This document shows, one piece after another, positions 1 through 8,603 of a DNA stretch of 64,000 nt (the stretch's first letter is position 1; each line of letters opens with the position of its first letter). Made by a program: the position numbers and the translations under genes. The stretch lies in contig JBIIIP010000001.1 in assembly GCA_044234625.1 (NCBI GenBank), positions 52,497-116,496 of the forward strand, in the 5' to 3' direction. Source of the DNA: Pirellulales bacterium. Lineage in GTDB: Bacteria; Planctomycetota; Planctomycetia; Pirellulales; UBA1268. The notes under the pieces were generated by a model. That model saw nothing but the letters and a program-made list of their open reading frames with translations, searched no databases and had not been told where the DNA came from.

Positions 1-151
1 GCCGGGGCGTGATGCTGATGCGATCGTTCATGACAACCGTGGCCTACAGTCCGCGTGGCAACTGCGTGATGATGGAAAAAAAGCCAAGCCCGCCGGCCGA
101 CTGACCGTATCGATTTCGCGGCCCCGATACGCTAGGTTTTAGCCCGGATGA

Positions 152-223
152 TCCCCGATAGCTCAACGGTAGAGCGGCCGGCTGTTAACCGGTAGGTTGT
201 AGGTTCGAATCCTACTCGGGGAG
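152..223 (+). tRNA. tRNA-Asn (anticodon GTT), no encoded CCA
   Basis: Acceptor stem TCCCCGA (152-158) pairs with TCGGGGA (216-222), discriminator G at 223. D-loop AGCTCAACGGTAGAGC, anticodon loop CTGTTAA, T-arm GTAGG-TTCGAAT-CCTAC. Folded by eye. Confidence 0.9.
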
Positions 224-309
224 CTTTCTCCGCATGGTGCCGCAACGGCTCACATCGAGCCGCACCCAGCATCGTCGATTCACTGGCGGGTTATGCGCAG
301 GGCGTGCAG

Positions 310-579
310 TCACCGCTGTCCGTAACGCCCCTCCAGGATTCCCGCAAACGAAAGGTCTTCGTCGAGCGTCGGCCAATGCAGACCAAATGGAGAGATTTCG
401 ATACGGCCCACATCTTCCTCGGCAGCGGATTCCAGCCGTGGGTTGCCCTTAGTGGGAAAACTCACCTCATGGCCACTGGCGAATCTGACAAAGATCATTC
501 CTCGCTCATACCATGCCTTCAGGGCACGGTCAGCCAAGGTGCTCGGCCCATTTTTGTTTGATGAGTTCGAGGTGGTCAT
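310..579 (-). CDS. DUF2442 domain protein (putative antitoxin-like partner of DUF4160)
   Basis: Translation carries the C-terminal signature PRL..A...GxGLHWPTLDEDLSFAGILEG typical of DUF2442. It overlaps the upstream DUF4160 gene by 50 nt, so the start is uncertain. Confidence 0.75.
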   Translation of the reverse strand: MTTSNSSNKNGPSTLADRALKAWYERGMIFVRFASGHEVSFPTKGNPRLESAAEEDVGRIEISPFGLHWPTLDEDLSFAGILEGRYGQR

Positions 580-766
580 GGATGAGATCCTCCGCTCGCG
601 AGAGCTCTCTTACATTGAAACCGACTGATTCACGCAGTTCTACTTTCGGGTCAACAACGAACACTGCTTCACCCCCGCCCCGGCGTACATGGACGTGGAT
701 GGGGGCATGATCATTGCTGTAGAAGAAAAACGAATAGCCCTCTTGTTCGAAAATCTTCGGCATCAT
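530..766 (-). CDS. DUF4160 domain protein
   Basis: N-terminus MMPKIF..GYSFFFYSNDHAPIHVHV matches the DUF4160 hallmark (YxNDHxPxHxH). Classic two-gene pair with DUF2442. Confidence 0.8.
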   Translation of the reverse strand: MMPKIFEQEGYSFFFYSNDHAPIHVHVRRGGGEAVFVVDPKVELRESVGFNVRELSRAEDLIHDHLELIKQKWAEHLG

Positions 767-976
767 CCAAGTGTACCTGACTGCGGTCTCGGAGCCCGGC
801 TCCGCCGTGGCATGATCGCTGGGCAGGTGCCAGGGCGGGGGTTCGTCTGCCGCGGCCCTTTGCCGAACACCGCTCGGGGGCCCCGTGCGAACTCATGCGC
901 CCTCCTGCGGATTGGAAAATGAGTCGTTTTTTGAGTCGCTTTCTCGCCGACCCCCGTTTTTTTGGGAGAATACGGC

Positions 977-1008
977 GGTTGTGACGAATCCTACTCGGGG
1001 AGCTTTCT
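977..1008 (+). repeat. Partial copy B of the tRNA-Asn 3' end (att-like)
   Basis: 985-1008 is identical (24/24) to tRNA positions 206-229 (CGAATCCTACTCGGGGAGCTTTCT). GGTTGT at 977-982 also matches tRNA 195-200. Confidence 0.85.
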
Positions 1009-1111
1009 ACTACCTGGCGGGGCCGGAAGGAGGCGTGGGTTGGTTGAATCGCGATCGGAGACGCTGCCATGAAAACCTTGACGCTCGAAGAAGCCAAGTC
1101 TGGCGTCCCGA

Positions 1112-2245
1112 CTATCCGCCTCGATCGATCACCTTGTCCTTCATTGGCGGGTGCGTCGTCATGCGAACGACATAGATGCACCAGGCGATGGCTGCGGCGT
1201 TGAGCACCGCGAACACCAGGAATACCGGCAATCCCCCGATCCGGAGCGCCGCGGCATGCGATGCGGCCGACGCGGCCAGATCGACGGCAGTCAGGCGGAT
1301 CGCTTCGCGAACGACCGCGACGGCGACGAGGCCGACGATCCAGCCACCGGTCGCCGCGACCAGCAGGGGCCACGACAGCCGGCCACGGATCGCCGAAGTG
1401 AACCAGACTGCCGCCTGCACGGCCAACGCCCCGCAGAGGATGGCCAGCCACGGACCGGCCAGTGGCCCCGCCACGGCGTCCCGGACGGCAGCCGAAAGCG
1501 TCGACCAGTAGAGCACCGCGGCGGTCACGCAACCGACCAACCCGGCACCGGCCGTCAGGGCCAGCCGTCTGACCGGCGACAGCCCCGCCACCGCGGCGGT
1601 GGGCTGCATGACGGCGTGGATTCCGACGCCGGTGAGCCTGCCCTGCCATGCAAGCTCGATCGCCAGGCTTGGAAATGCCAGGAAAAACCAGGCGGCCAGC
1701 CGCGGCAGGAGGCCGGGGGATTCGTACCGCAGGCCGCCGGATTCATACAGCCGCGGCCACGCCGCGTGGTCAAGCATGAGCAGGTGATTCTCCGTCCAGC
1801 TCAGGGCGATGAACAGGAACCCCGCGCAGACGGCGACGGCCACGAGCGGCCGCCAGACCCACTGGCGCCTGCTGATCCAGGCCGATTTCTGCAGGTAGAG
1901 CAGGTAGAAGCAGACGATCAGCACCGGCAGAATCGCCATCCAGCGATGCGAAAGCAGCAGATTGGCCGTGGCGAACTCCCGGCCGTAGAGCATCTGGACG
2001 AACAACAGCGGCGCCACTCCGGCCGTGATGGCCAGCCCCGTGGTGAATGGCAGCCAGTCGAGCAGGATCCCCTGCCACTCACAGGCCGCACAGCGGGCCT
2101 TTCCCAGCAGCCGGCCGCAGGCAAGATACGTCGCTCCGGCCAGCACGTAGTGCATGAACATCATGTGCACCACGAAGGTCGCCAGGTAGAGCACGAGATA
2201 GAAGGCGGTGGCACCGGGCAGGCCGAAGGGGAGGGCCGCGTTCAT
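1112..2245 (-). CDS. Polytopic membrane protein, partner of the upstream membrane cytochrome
   Basis: 377-aa ORF made almost entirely of hydrophobic helices. ATGA overlap (2242-2245) with the upstream gene. Size is comparable to a CydB-type subunit, but no motif was recognised. Confidence 0.65.
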   Translation of the reverse strand: MNAALPFGLPGATAFYLVLYLATFVVHMMFMHYVLAGATYLACGRLLGKARCAACEWQGILLDWLPFTTGLAITAGVAPLLFVQMLYGREFATANLLLSHRWMAILPVLIVCFYLLYLQKSAWISRRQWVWRPLVAVAVCAGFLFIALSWTENHLLMLDHAAWPRLYESGGLRYESPGLLPRLAAWFFLAFPSLAIELAWQGRLTGVGIHAVMQPTAAVAGLSPVRRLALTAGAGLVGCVTAAVLYWSTLSAAVRDAVAGPLAGPWLAILCGALAVQAAVWFTSAIRGRLSWPLLVAATGGWIVGLVAVAVVREAIRLTAVDLAASAASHAAALRIGGLPVFLVFAVLNAAAIAWCIYVVRMTTHPPMKDKVIDRGG

Positions 2246-3669
2246 CGCAGTGGCCCCGTTGCGGCAAGTCGCGCATCACCAGGGCCCGTGCCCGCCTCGT
2301 CGAGCCAGCGACCGATCTGCGCGAGCACCGCGGCATCGTGCGCCTCCTCCCAGTCCGGAGGCCTGCCGGCCCGGATCCAGCCGATCAGCTGCACGACCGC
2401 CTCGACCTCCGCGGGCGTGCCCGCGAACGGCGGCATGAAGGGCTTCGTCCGCTGGAGTTGCGCGATGTTGAGCCGCCGCTGGTCGATCGACCAGGTCGCC
2501 GCCAGCTCGCACACGGCGTTCATGCCCTCGAGCGTATGGCACACGGAGCACTGGACCCGAAACACCTTCGCGCCGAGGGCGAGCTGGGCGTTGGGATACG
2601 CCGCCGCATCCCGCAGCGGATAGGGGTCGTCGGTGGCACAGCCTCTCTGCCGGAGCTGCCCGATCCCGTCGCGGGCGATCGAGTTGGAGTAGAGATACTC
2701 GCGGATCGTGAACGGCTTCCGCACGCCTTCGCGCACGAACTCGCCCCCGGCCGTGGCGGCGAACGCCAGGGCCAGCAACAGCGTGGCGGTGGCACCGTTG
2801 ACGTACAACCGCTGGCGCAGGATGGCTACGACCGCGTACAGACCGACGAGCGTCGAACTGCCGACGGCCATCGTAAGAAACAGCGTCATCGGCACGCTTC
2901 CGCCAGTCGTCCAGCCGCGGCTGTCGGCGGGCATGGTCGCCAGATACCAGGCCCCCACCAAGGGCATCGCCAGCATGGCGACCAGCGGCCGGGCACACAC
3001 GGCCACCAGCTCGTGCCGCTCCTCACGGGTGAACCCCCCCACCGCGTTGACGAGCACGCAGGCTGCCAGCGCCGCGATCGCCGCCGCGGAGATCGTGCGA
3101 AAGATGAGCGAGGGCAGGAAACCGGGATTGAAAAACCCGGCCCACACGTCGTGCGACTCCAGCCAGCCGCCGGGGGTCAGCTGCCAAGACAGGATCCCGT
3201 TGATCCAAAAGAGGCTCATCCACGAGGCGCCTGAGTAGAGCAGGAGCAGCTGCAGCCGCGCCGGGTCGGTGAGCCGCGGCCCGTAGCGGTAGAAGAGATA
3301 CCCGGCCACGACCTCCAGGCAGAAGAACGTCCACTCGGTGGCCCACACCCAGTGGAACTCCCGCACCATCGTGGCGATCGTGCGGGGGCTGACCTGAATG
3401 CTCGTAAACCACATCGCCACGCCCGTAACGGCGCCGAGCACGAAGCTCACGAGCACGAGCACCTTGAAGTAGTCGTCGGCGAATCGGCGGGCCAGCCGGC
3501 AAGCACCCCGCATGTGGAGCCACTGCAGGTAGCAGAGCAGCATGCCCCCGCCGATGGCGAACTGGGCGAGAAAGACGTGGAAGATGCCCAGGCCGCCGAT
3601 CACGAGCCCCTTCATGAGCGGGCCGACGTCGATGACGGGAAAGTATTCCAGGGGTGGCATATCACACAT
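2242..3669 (-). CDS. Polytopic membrane protein with C-terminal c-type cytochrome domain (cytochrome bd subunit I-like N-terminus?)
   Basis: CSVCH heme-c motif near the C-terminus. Multi-helix N-terminal domain beginning ..GLGIFHVFLAQFAIGGG, reminiscent of the CydA N-terminal FH motif. The ORF extends to 3816, but the hydrophobic core starts after MCDMPP (3669/3660). Confidence 0.7.
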   Translation of the reverse strand: MCDMPPLEYFPVIDVGPLMKGLVIGGLGIFHVFLAQFAIGGGMLLCYLQWLHMRGACRLARRFADDYFKVLVLVSFVLGAVTGVAMWFTSIQVSPRTIATMVREFHWVWATEWTFFCLEVVAGYLFYRYGPRLTDPARLQLLLLYSGASWMSLFWINGILSWQLTPGGWLESHDVWAGFFNPGFLPSLIFRTISAAAIAALAACVLVNAVGGFTREERHELVAVCARPLVAMLAMPLVGAWYLATMPADSRGWTTGGSVPMTLFLTMAVGSSTLVGLYAVVAILRQRLYVNGATATLLLALAFAATAGGEFVREGVRKPFTIREYLYSNSIARDGIGQLRQRGCATDDPYPLRDAAAYPNAQLALGAKVFRVQCSVCHTLEGMNAVCELAATWSIDQRRLNIAQLQRTKPFMPPFAGTPAEVEAVVQLIGWIRAGRPPDWEEAHDAAVLAQIGRWLDEAGTGPGDARLAATGPLR

Positions 3670-3940
3670 GATAGTCGGGGAGTACCCCGGGACGACGCGG
3701 TCGTTCCCGGCCCACGGGCTGGCGATTCCCGAAAACGCATCGTCCTCGGCCCATCGGATAGGGGTTCTTCTGGATGAGTACGCGCGCTGACCAGGTTCCC
3801 GTGACGCAGGCGGCACCGAGCCCCAAGGTGCTCCCTGCCGGTTAGTGCCGTTCCCTGCGCACTCCGGGCCTACGTCGCTTTTTACTTCATTTTCGAGCCG
3901 GCTTTGCAGTATTCCCCGCGAAAACAGCGATTCGCACTGT

Positions 3941-3960
3941 TCCTACTCGGGGAGCTTCCT
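3941..3960 (+). repeat. Partial copy C of the tRNA-Asn 3' end
   Basis: 3941-3957 is identical (17/17) to tRNA 210-226. About 46 nt downstream of the core is roughly 74 percent identical, by my manual alignment, to the sequence downstream of the real tRNA (224-270). Confidence 0.8.
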
Positions 3961-4203
3961 TCGAAGGGTGGCGCACCGGCTCGCATGACGCCGCACCGAC
4001 GACATCGGGCGGCCAATCCTCCCGATGGCTTTGGCCAGGTTCCGTTTCAGGCGGAGGAAGCTGGCCCGGAAAACACCGAGAGGAGCAGGCCCGTGTTGGC
4101 GACCTGCTCCCCTCGCGTTGGAATCACGCTGGCTGGGATCGCGTCAGGCCCGCTTGCGACGGCCCCATACGACGTAGCCGCCGTAGGTGAGGACCGCGGT
4201 GGG

Positions 4204-6123
4204 TCACTCGCCCCGCGGAATCACGGGCAGGTCGAGCCGCGACGGATATTTGCCGCCGTGATGGATTGCCTGGCGGGCGACGGCCACGTTGGCTGTCGTG
4301 CCGGGAGGATCGGCCACGTTCTGGTTGCGGGCGTAGCGGTCCATGTCGCTCGACGTCACCTCGATCCGGATGCGGTGGCCTTGCTGAAAACAGTTGCTGA
4401 TCGGCCGCAGCTTGAAGGTGTACGCATAGATCGTGCCCGGCTCGATCAGCTTGCGTTGGCCGGTGCCTTCCCGATAGCTGGCCCGCATGATCCCGTTGCA
4501 GAGATACTGGGTGTGACCGTCCGGGTAGACGTCGATGAGGTTCACCACGAAGTCGGTGTCGGGCGCGGATGAGGCGGCATGGAGCGTCGCCTCGATGACC
4601 CCGGTGACCTCCACGTCCTTCTCCAGGACCTCCGACGTGTAGACGAGCACGTCGTCACGCTTCTCCACGTCGGCACGGTCCGTCATCGATGAGAGGAGGT
4701 GCCAGACCCCGACTCCTTCGACAGGCCGCACAGGATCGAGCGGATCATAGTCGTAGCGATCCGCGGGCTCTTCGCCGGAAGGTGCGGTCCAGACCAGCGT
4801 GCCGTCTCCGGCAGCGGTCCGTGCGACCCCCCGGCTGCTGAGATAGACGGGTGTCTTCACCGCTCGGGTGAGCGGCCACTCGTCCTCATACCGCCACTCG
4901 TTCGATCCCATCACGTAGAGCAGGACGCGCCCGGGCGGCTCCCAGGCCGTGCCGTCGCCTTTGAGATGCCTACCGAAAAACCGCTCCATCTCGTGGTAGT
5001 AGCGGTCGAGATGAGGCTCTGACGCCGACACGATGCCGATCTTCTCGGGTCCGCGGTAGGCGGTGTTGATGTTGTGATGCCAGGGGCCGACGACGAGCCG
5101 AAGATCCTTCGAGTGCCTGGCCTGGCGAACGTAGTTCGCCAGCATTCCCTCGTTGAGCTCGTCATACCAGCCGGCCACGACGTAGGTCGGAACCGTGATC
5201 TTCGCGAGCCGCTTCTCGATCTCCTCGGGCGGAAGCGCGCCGGGCACCTGCAACGGCTTCTCCCTGACCATCGCGTCGAAAGCCGCGCTCGGCAGCCCAG
5301 CCTCGTCGTCGATACGGTCGAGCGGGAGGTGCAGCCAGTCGATTCGCCGGGTGACGTCGGTGGCTGACGTCCCCGGCCGGCCCGCCCAGATCAGCCACCC
5401 CGCCATCGATCCGAGGTAGGGAACGCCATGTGCATTCTCAAGACCATAGTTGATGGCACTCGGCATGATCGCCACCAGGCCAGGTGGGCTCGCAATTCCG
5501 GCGGAGTATGACGTCCATCCGAGATACGAGATGCCAGTGAGACCGACCTTGCCGTTTGACCACGGCTGGCTGGCCGCCCAGGCGACGGCATCGAAGGTGT
5601 CGTCGATCTCGTTGTCGAACGGCCGAAACACGCCTTCGGAGCCGTAGCGGCCCCGCGAATCCACGGCCACGACGGCGTAGCCACGGCGGGCGAGGTTGCG
5701 GAACAGGGCCGGCATCTCGTCGAGATTCTTTTCCATGTCGTAGAGCCCGGTCTGAAGGATGACCGGATACCTGCCGCTCTGTTTCGGCCTATAGACGCTT
5801 CCACGGAGTTTCACGCCGTCGCGGATCGGAATGGCAGCCCGCTCGATCTCGATCCCCGGATGGGTGACTGGGGATTCGAACGGATGGACAAGCGTCGGCA
5901 GAACGGTCGAGCGAGACTCCTTCTCCTCGGCATCGGCAATCCGCTCCTTCTCGTCGGCGGCTGCGTTGAAGGCCGCCCGCTCCTGTGGCGACTTCGGCAC
6001 GAACACGGTGTTGGCTGGAGCAGTTGGGTCCGCGGCCCTCGCCCGCCAGCCAACGGCCAGCCCCACGGCGACCAAACCGACGACGAAAACCGAAAGACTG
6101 AACGTGCACGCTCGGCGAGTCAT
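4204..6123 (-). CDS. CocE/NonD family hydrolase (S15 X-Pro dipeptidyl-peptidase-like), signal-anchored
   Basis: DGVKLRGSVYRP..YPVILQTGLY, AVVAVDSRGRYGSEG and GKVGLTGISYLGW (GxSYxG nucleophile elbow), plus a C-terminal beta-sandwich region. N-terminal MTRRACTFSLSVFVVGLVAVGLAV. The longest ORF starts at 6159. Confidence 0.85.
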   Translation of the reverse strand: MTRRACTFSLSVFVVGLVAVGLAVGWRARAADPTAPANTVFVPKSPQERAAFNAAADEKERIADAEEKESRSTVLPTLVHPFESPVTHPGIEIERAAIPIRDGVKLRGSVYRPKQSGRYPVILQTGLYDMEKNLDEMPALFRNLARRGYAVVAVDSRGRYGSEGVFRPFDNEIDDTFDAVAWAASQPWSNGKVGLTGISYLGWTSYSAGIASPPGLVAIMPSAINYGLENAHGVPYLGSMAGWLIWAGRPGTSATDVTRRIDWLHLPLDRIDDEAGLPSAAFDAMVREKPLQVPGALPPEEIEKRLAKITVPTYVVAGWYDELNEGMLANYVRQARHSKDLRLVVGPWHHNINTAYRGPEKIGIVSASEPHLDRYYHEMERFFGRHLKGDGTAWEPPGRVLLYVMGSNEWRYEDEWPLTRAVKTPVYLSSRGVARTAAGDGTLVWTAPSGEEPADRYDYDPLDPVRPVEGVGVWHLLSSMTDRADVEKRDDVLVYTSEVLEKDVEVTGVIEATLHAASSAPDTDFVVNLIDVYPDGHTQYLCNGIMRASYREGTGQRKLIEPGTIYAYTFKLRPISNCFQQGHRIRIEVTSSDMDRYARNQNVADPPGTTANVAVARQAIHHGGKYPSRLDLPVIPRGE

Positions 6124-6282
6124 AAAGTCTGACCCATGGGCTGCGGGGGCTTTGGCCAACCGTCGCGAATCATAACCCGGTCAACGGCAGGTCCACAAAA
6201 CGTTGCCGGGGAGGACGACTCGGATTACAGTGCCGTACGTCATGCGGTTTCAAGAGCCGGGCCCGATGCGAGGAGCGTTCCG

Positions 6283-7341
6283 TTGAACCGTTTTCTGATC
6301 GCCTGCCTCACCTGTCCGATCGCGGCAGCGTCCTTGCTGGTCACCGCGACGCCGGCCGAGGCCTGTACCCGCTGCCTCAAGGTCTTCGCCGACGGCACCG
6401 TTGTGGTGGGCCGGTCGATGGACTGGGTCGAAGACCCGGGCTCGGAACTCTGGATCTATCCGCGGGGCATGAAGCGGCAGGGAAATTCCGGTCCGGGAAG
6501 CCTGGAATGGACCGCCACCTATGGATCGGTCGGGGTGAGCTTTTACGGCGTGGCGACCGCCTGCGGCATGAATGAGAAGGGGCTCGTGGCCAACCTGCTG
6601 TACCTCGCCGAGAGCGACTACGGCAAGCCGGTGGCCGGCCGCCCCAACCTCTCGATCGCCGGCTGGGCCCAATATGCGCTCGATTCCTACGCCACGGTCG
6701 CCGAGGCGGTGGCCGCTTTGGAAAAGGAACCGTTCACGATCATCGCTCCGGTGCTGCCCAACGGAGACCCCGGCGTGGGCCACTTGGCGATCTCCGATCC
6801 CTCCGGCGATTCGGCGATCTTCGAATACATCGACGGCCACCTGAAGATCCACCACGGCCGCCAATACACCGTGATGACCAACTCCCCTCCGTTCGACGAC
6901 CAACTCGCCCTAGACGCCTACTGGCGGGAGATCGGCGGCGACGTGATGCTGCCCGGCACGATCCGGGCCAGTGATCGCTTCGTGCGGACGAGCTTCTACA
7001 TCGGCGCGATCCCCGAGGAGCGGTCCGGCAGCGAGGCGATCGCGTCGGTCTTCAGCGTGATCCGCAATGCGTCGGCGCCGCTGGGCATCACGACCCCGGG
7101 CGAGCCGAACGTGGCCAGCACGATCTGGCGGACGGTGTACGACCAGAAGGAGCACATCGTGTATTTCGATTCGGCGACCAGCCCGACGGTGTTCTGGGTG
7201 CCGCTGGAGAAGGTCGACTTCACGGCGGGCGCGGGCGTGAAAAGGCTGTCACTGAAAGGGGGCGAGACCTACAGCGGCGACGCCTCAGGGTCCTTCCGCG
7301 CGGCCGAGGCCTTCGAGTTTCTCGAGGCCATACCAAGGTGA
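6283..7341 (+). CDS. Choloylglycine hydrolase / penicillin V acylase family Ntn-hydrolase (linear amide C-N hydrolase), secreted
   Basis: Signal peptide ..LLVTATPAEA followed by Cys (CTRCLKVFADGTVVVGRSMDW), the N-terminal nucleophile arrangement of this family. TTG at 6283 is preceded by AGGAG (6271-6275). The longest ORF starts at 6136. Confidence 0.8.
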   Translation: MNRFLIACLTCPIAAASLLVTATPAEACTRCLKVFADGTVVVGRSMDWVEDPGSELWIYPRGMKRQGNSGPGSLEWTATYGSVGVSFYGVATACGMNEKGLVANLLYLAESDYGKPVAGRPNLSIAGWAQYALDSYATVAEAVAALEKEPFTIIAPVLPNGDPGVGHLAISDPSGDSAIFEYIDGHLKIHHGRQYTVMTNSPPFDDQLALDAYWREIGGDVMLPGTIRASDRFVRTSFYIGAIPEERSGSEAIASVFSVIRNASAPLGITTPGEPNVASTIWRTVYDQKEHIVYFDSATSPTVFWVPLEKVDFTAGAGVKRLSLKGGETYSGDASGSFRAAEAFEFLEAIPR

Positions 7342-7430
7342 CCAACCGGCCCTGCGGGGCCTCGGTGATCGCGCTGGGCCTGCGGTGGGTTGGCACGCTG
7401 ACCGGTCAGCCCCGAGATATGCTCCGGGGC

Positions 7431-7661
7431 ATGACGGCCCCATTTCATCCGCGGATCACGATCGAGCCCGGCAAGTGCGGCGGAAAGCCCTGTATCCGTG
7501 GTATGCGCATCCGCGTGTCCGATGTACTCGAACTCCTCGCCAACGGGGCGTCCAGCGAGGAAATCCTGGCCAACTATCCCTGTCTCGAGCGGGCCGACAT
7601 CCTCGCCGCCATCGCCTACGCCGCTCAACAGACCAACCACGTCGTCGTTGAGGTCGCATAA
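7431..7661 (+). CDS. DUF433 domain protein (antitoxin-like)
   Basis: ITIEPGKCGGKPCIRGMRIRVSDVLELLANGASSEEILANYPCLERADILAAIAYA is the DUF433 consensus. The start is taken at the internal MTAPFHPR. Confidence 0.8.
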   Translation: MTAPFHPRITIEPGKCGGKPCIRGMRIRVSDVLELLANGASSEEILANYPCLERADILAAIAYAAQQTNHVVVEVA

Positions 7662-7792
7662 GGTTTCTGGTCGACCTGTGGGTGCGGCTGGGCAACTGCC
7701 GAAACGATACCCTGCTCGAGGCGTTTGCCGCTTCATTCGACACGATCGTCGCTGCCTTCGACTCGGGGCAGACGGTGGTCGATCTGATCTGA
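7658..7792 (+). pseudogene. Decayed DUF5615 (PIN-like toxin partner of DUF433) remnant
   Basis: The frame reads I-RFLVDLWV...SGQTVVDLI*, only 44 codons. RFLVD is the usual DUF5615 N-terminus. The expected ATG overlapping the DUF433 stop reads ATA (7658-7660), and most of the roughly 110-aa domain is missing. Confidence 0.5.
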
Positions 7793-8062
7793 ACGGGGAC
7801 GGCACTGCCGCCCGCGTCACGAGGCAAAGGCTCCAGCCGCAGACCGCGAGTGAAAGGAAAGCCTGGTCAATGGGAGTCCACAGTCATTACCGAGTGGAGG
7901 AGCGGCCCGTCACGCCTTGCTGGGGTTCTCCGTGGAAGATTCAGGTATGCCGGGAACTCCTGACGTAAGCGGCATTGAGACCCATGGCGCTCCCTGCTGC
8001 GTGATGCCTTTTCACGTTCGCGCGGACTTTGCGGTCTTCCCCGAGAAAACAACGATCCGGAA

Positions 8063-8080
8063 CGATCCTACTCGGGAAGC
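8063..8080 (+). repeat. Partial copy D of the tRNA-Asn 3' end (degenerate)
   Basis: ATCCTACTCGGG (8065-8076) is identical to tRNA 209-220, followed by one G-to-A change. Its upstream arm TTCCCCGAGAAAACAACGATCCGG resembles the arm of copy C (TTCCCCGCGAAAACAGCGATTCGC). Confidence 0.7.
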
Positions 8081-8106
8081 TACGCCACACTGGCTCAGAG
8101 TGGCAG

Positions 8107-8574
8107 TCAGACGCAGCAGGCGACCTCGTCAGCCATGCGGATGCCGGGCAGCACGTCCGACAGCGGATTGCCGCCACGAATGACAGACTGGCCGCACGCC
8201 CACACTTTCACACCGTTGGCAATCAGTTTTTCGACCAGTTCGCGGTTCGGATTGGAGCCGCCGGCTGGGGACTTCTCATGGGCTTCGTCCTTCAGCGCCG
8301 CCGCGGTCGCGTTGAAATGAAGAATCACGGCAATCTGAGGCCGTGGGCCCGACAGGCCCTCGAGGGCATGGAGGTTGACCATGCGGGCTGCACTTTGAAG
8401 CCCGCGATTCGGCTTGCCGGCCGGTGCCGCCGCCGTTGTATCGAAGTAGATCTTTCCGCCACTTTGGATCCGCTCACCGGCGCCCGGCTCCGCCGCGGGA
8501 GACGAAGACGTGACGAGCGAGGCACAGACAACAGCGAGGAGTACGAATGGGAGGCGGCGATGCAGAGGACACAT
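8107..8574 (-). CDS. DsrE/DsrF-like family protein with signal peptide (periplasmic)
   Basis: MCPLHRRLPFVLLAVVCASLV signal, then IAVILHFNA.. and ..VKVWACGQS, resembling the DsrE-like fold with a conserved Cys. Only the last 155 codons of the 541-aa ORF are credible. Confidence 0.65.
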   Translation of the reverse strand: MCPLHRRLPFVLLAVVCASLVTSSSPAAEPGAGERIQSGGKIYFDTTAAAPAGKPNRGLQSAARMVNLHALEGLSGPRPQIAVILHFNATAAALKDEAHEKSPAGGSNPNRELVEKLIANGVKVWACGQSVIRGGNPLSDVLPGIRMADEVACCV

Positions 8575-8603
8575 CAGTGATCTCTCCCGGGGATACGAGG
8601 CGA

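Noticed and set aside
1-31. Possible minus-strand gene start (MNDRISITPR...) running off the left edge, which could be the missing integrase next to the tRNA.
   Set aside because: Only 10 codons are visible, so no family assignment is possible. It is noted only as a place to look outside the window.
1069-1206. Short ORF starting MKTLTLEEAKSG with GGAG upstream, reminiscent of a Phd/YefM-type antitoxin N-terminus just after repeat copy B.
   Set aside because: Only about 15 residues resemble an antitoxin. The remainder is nonsense-like and overlaps the 3' end of the 1112-2245 membrane gene. It is too short to support, and at most a remnant.
4081-4112. Inverted repeat GGAGCAGG-N13-CCTGCTCC downstream of the CocE/NonD gene, considered as a terminator.
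   Set aside because: The loop is 13 nt, no T-tract follows on the relevant strand, and it lies about 90 nt past the stop. The evidence is insufficient.
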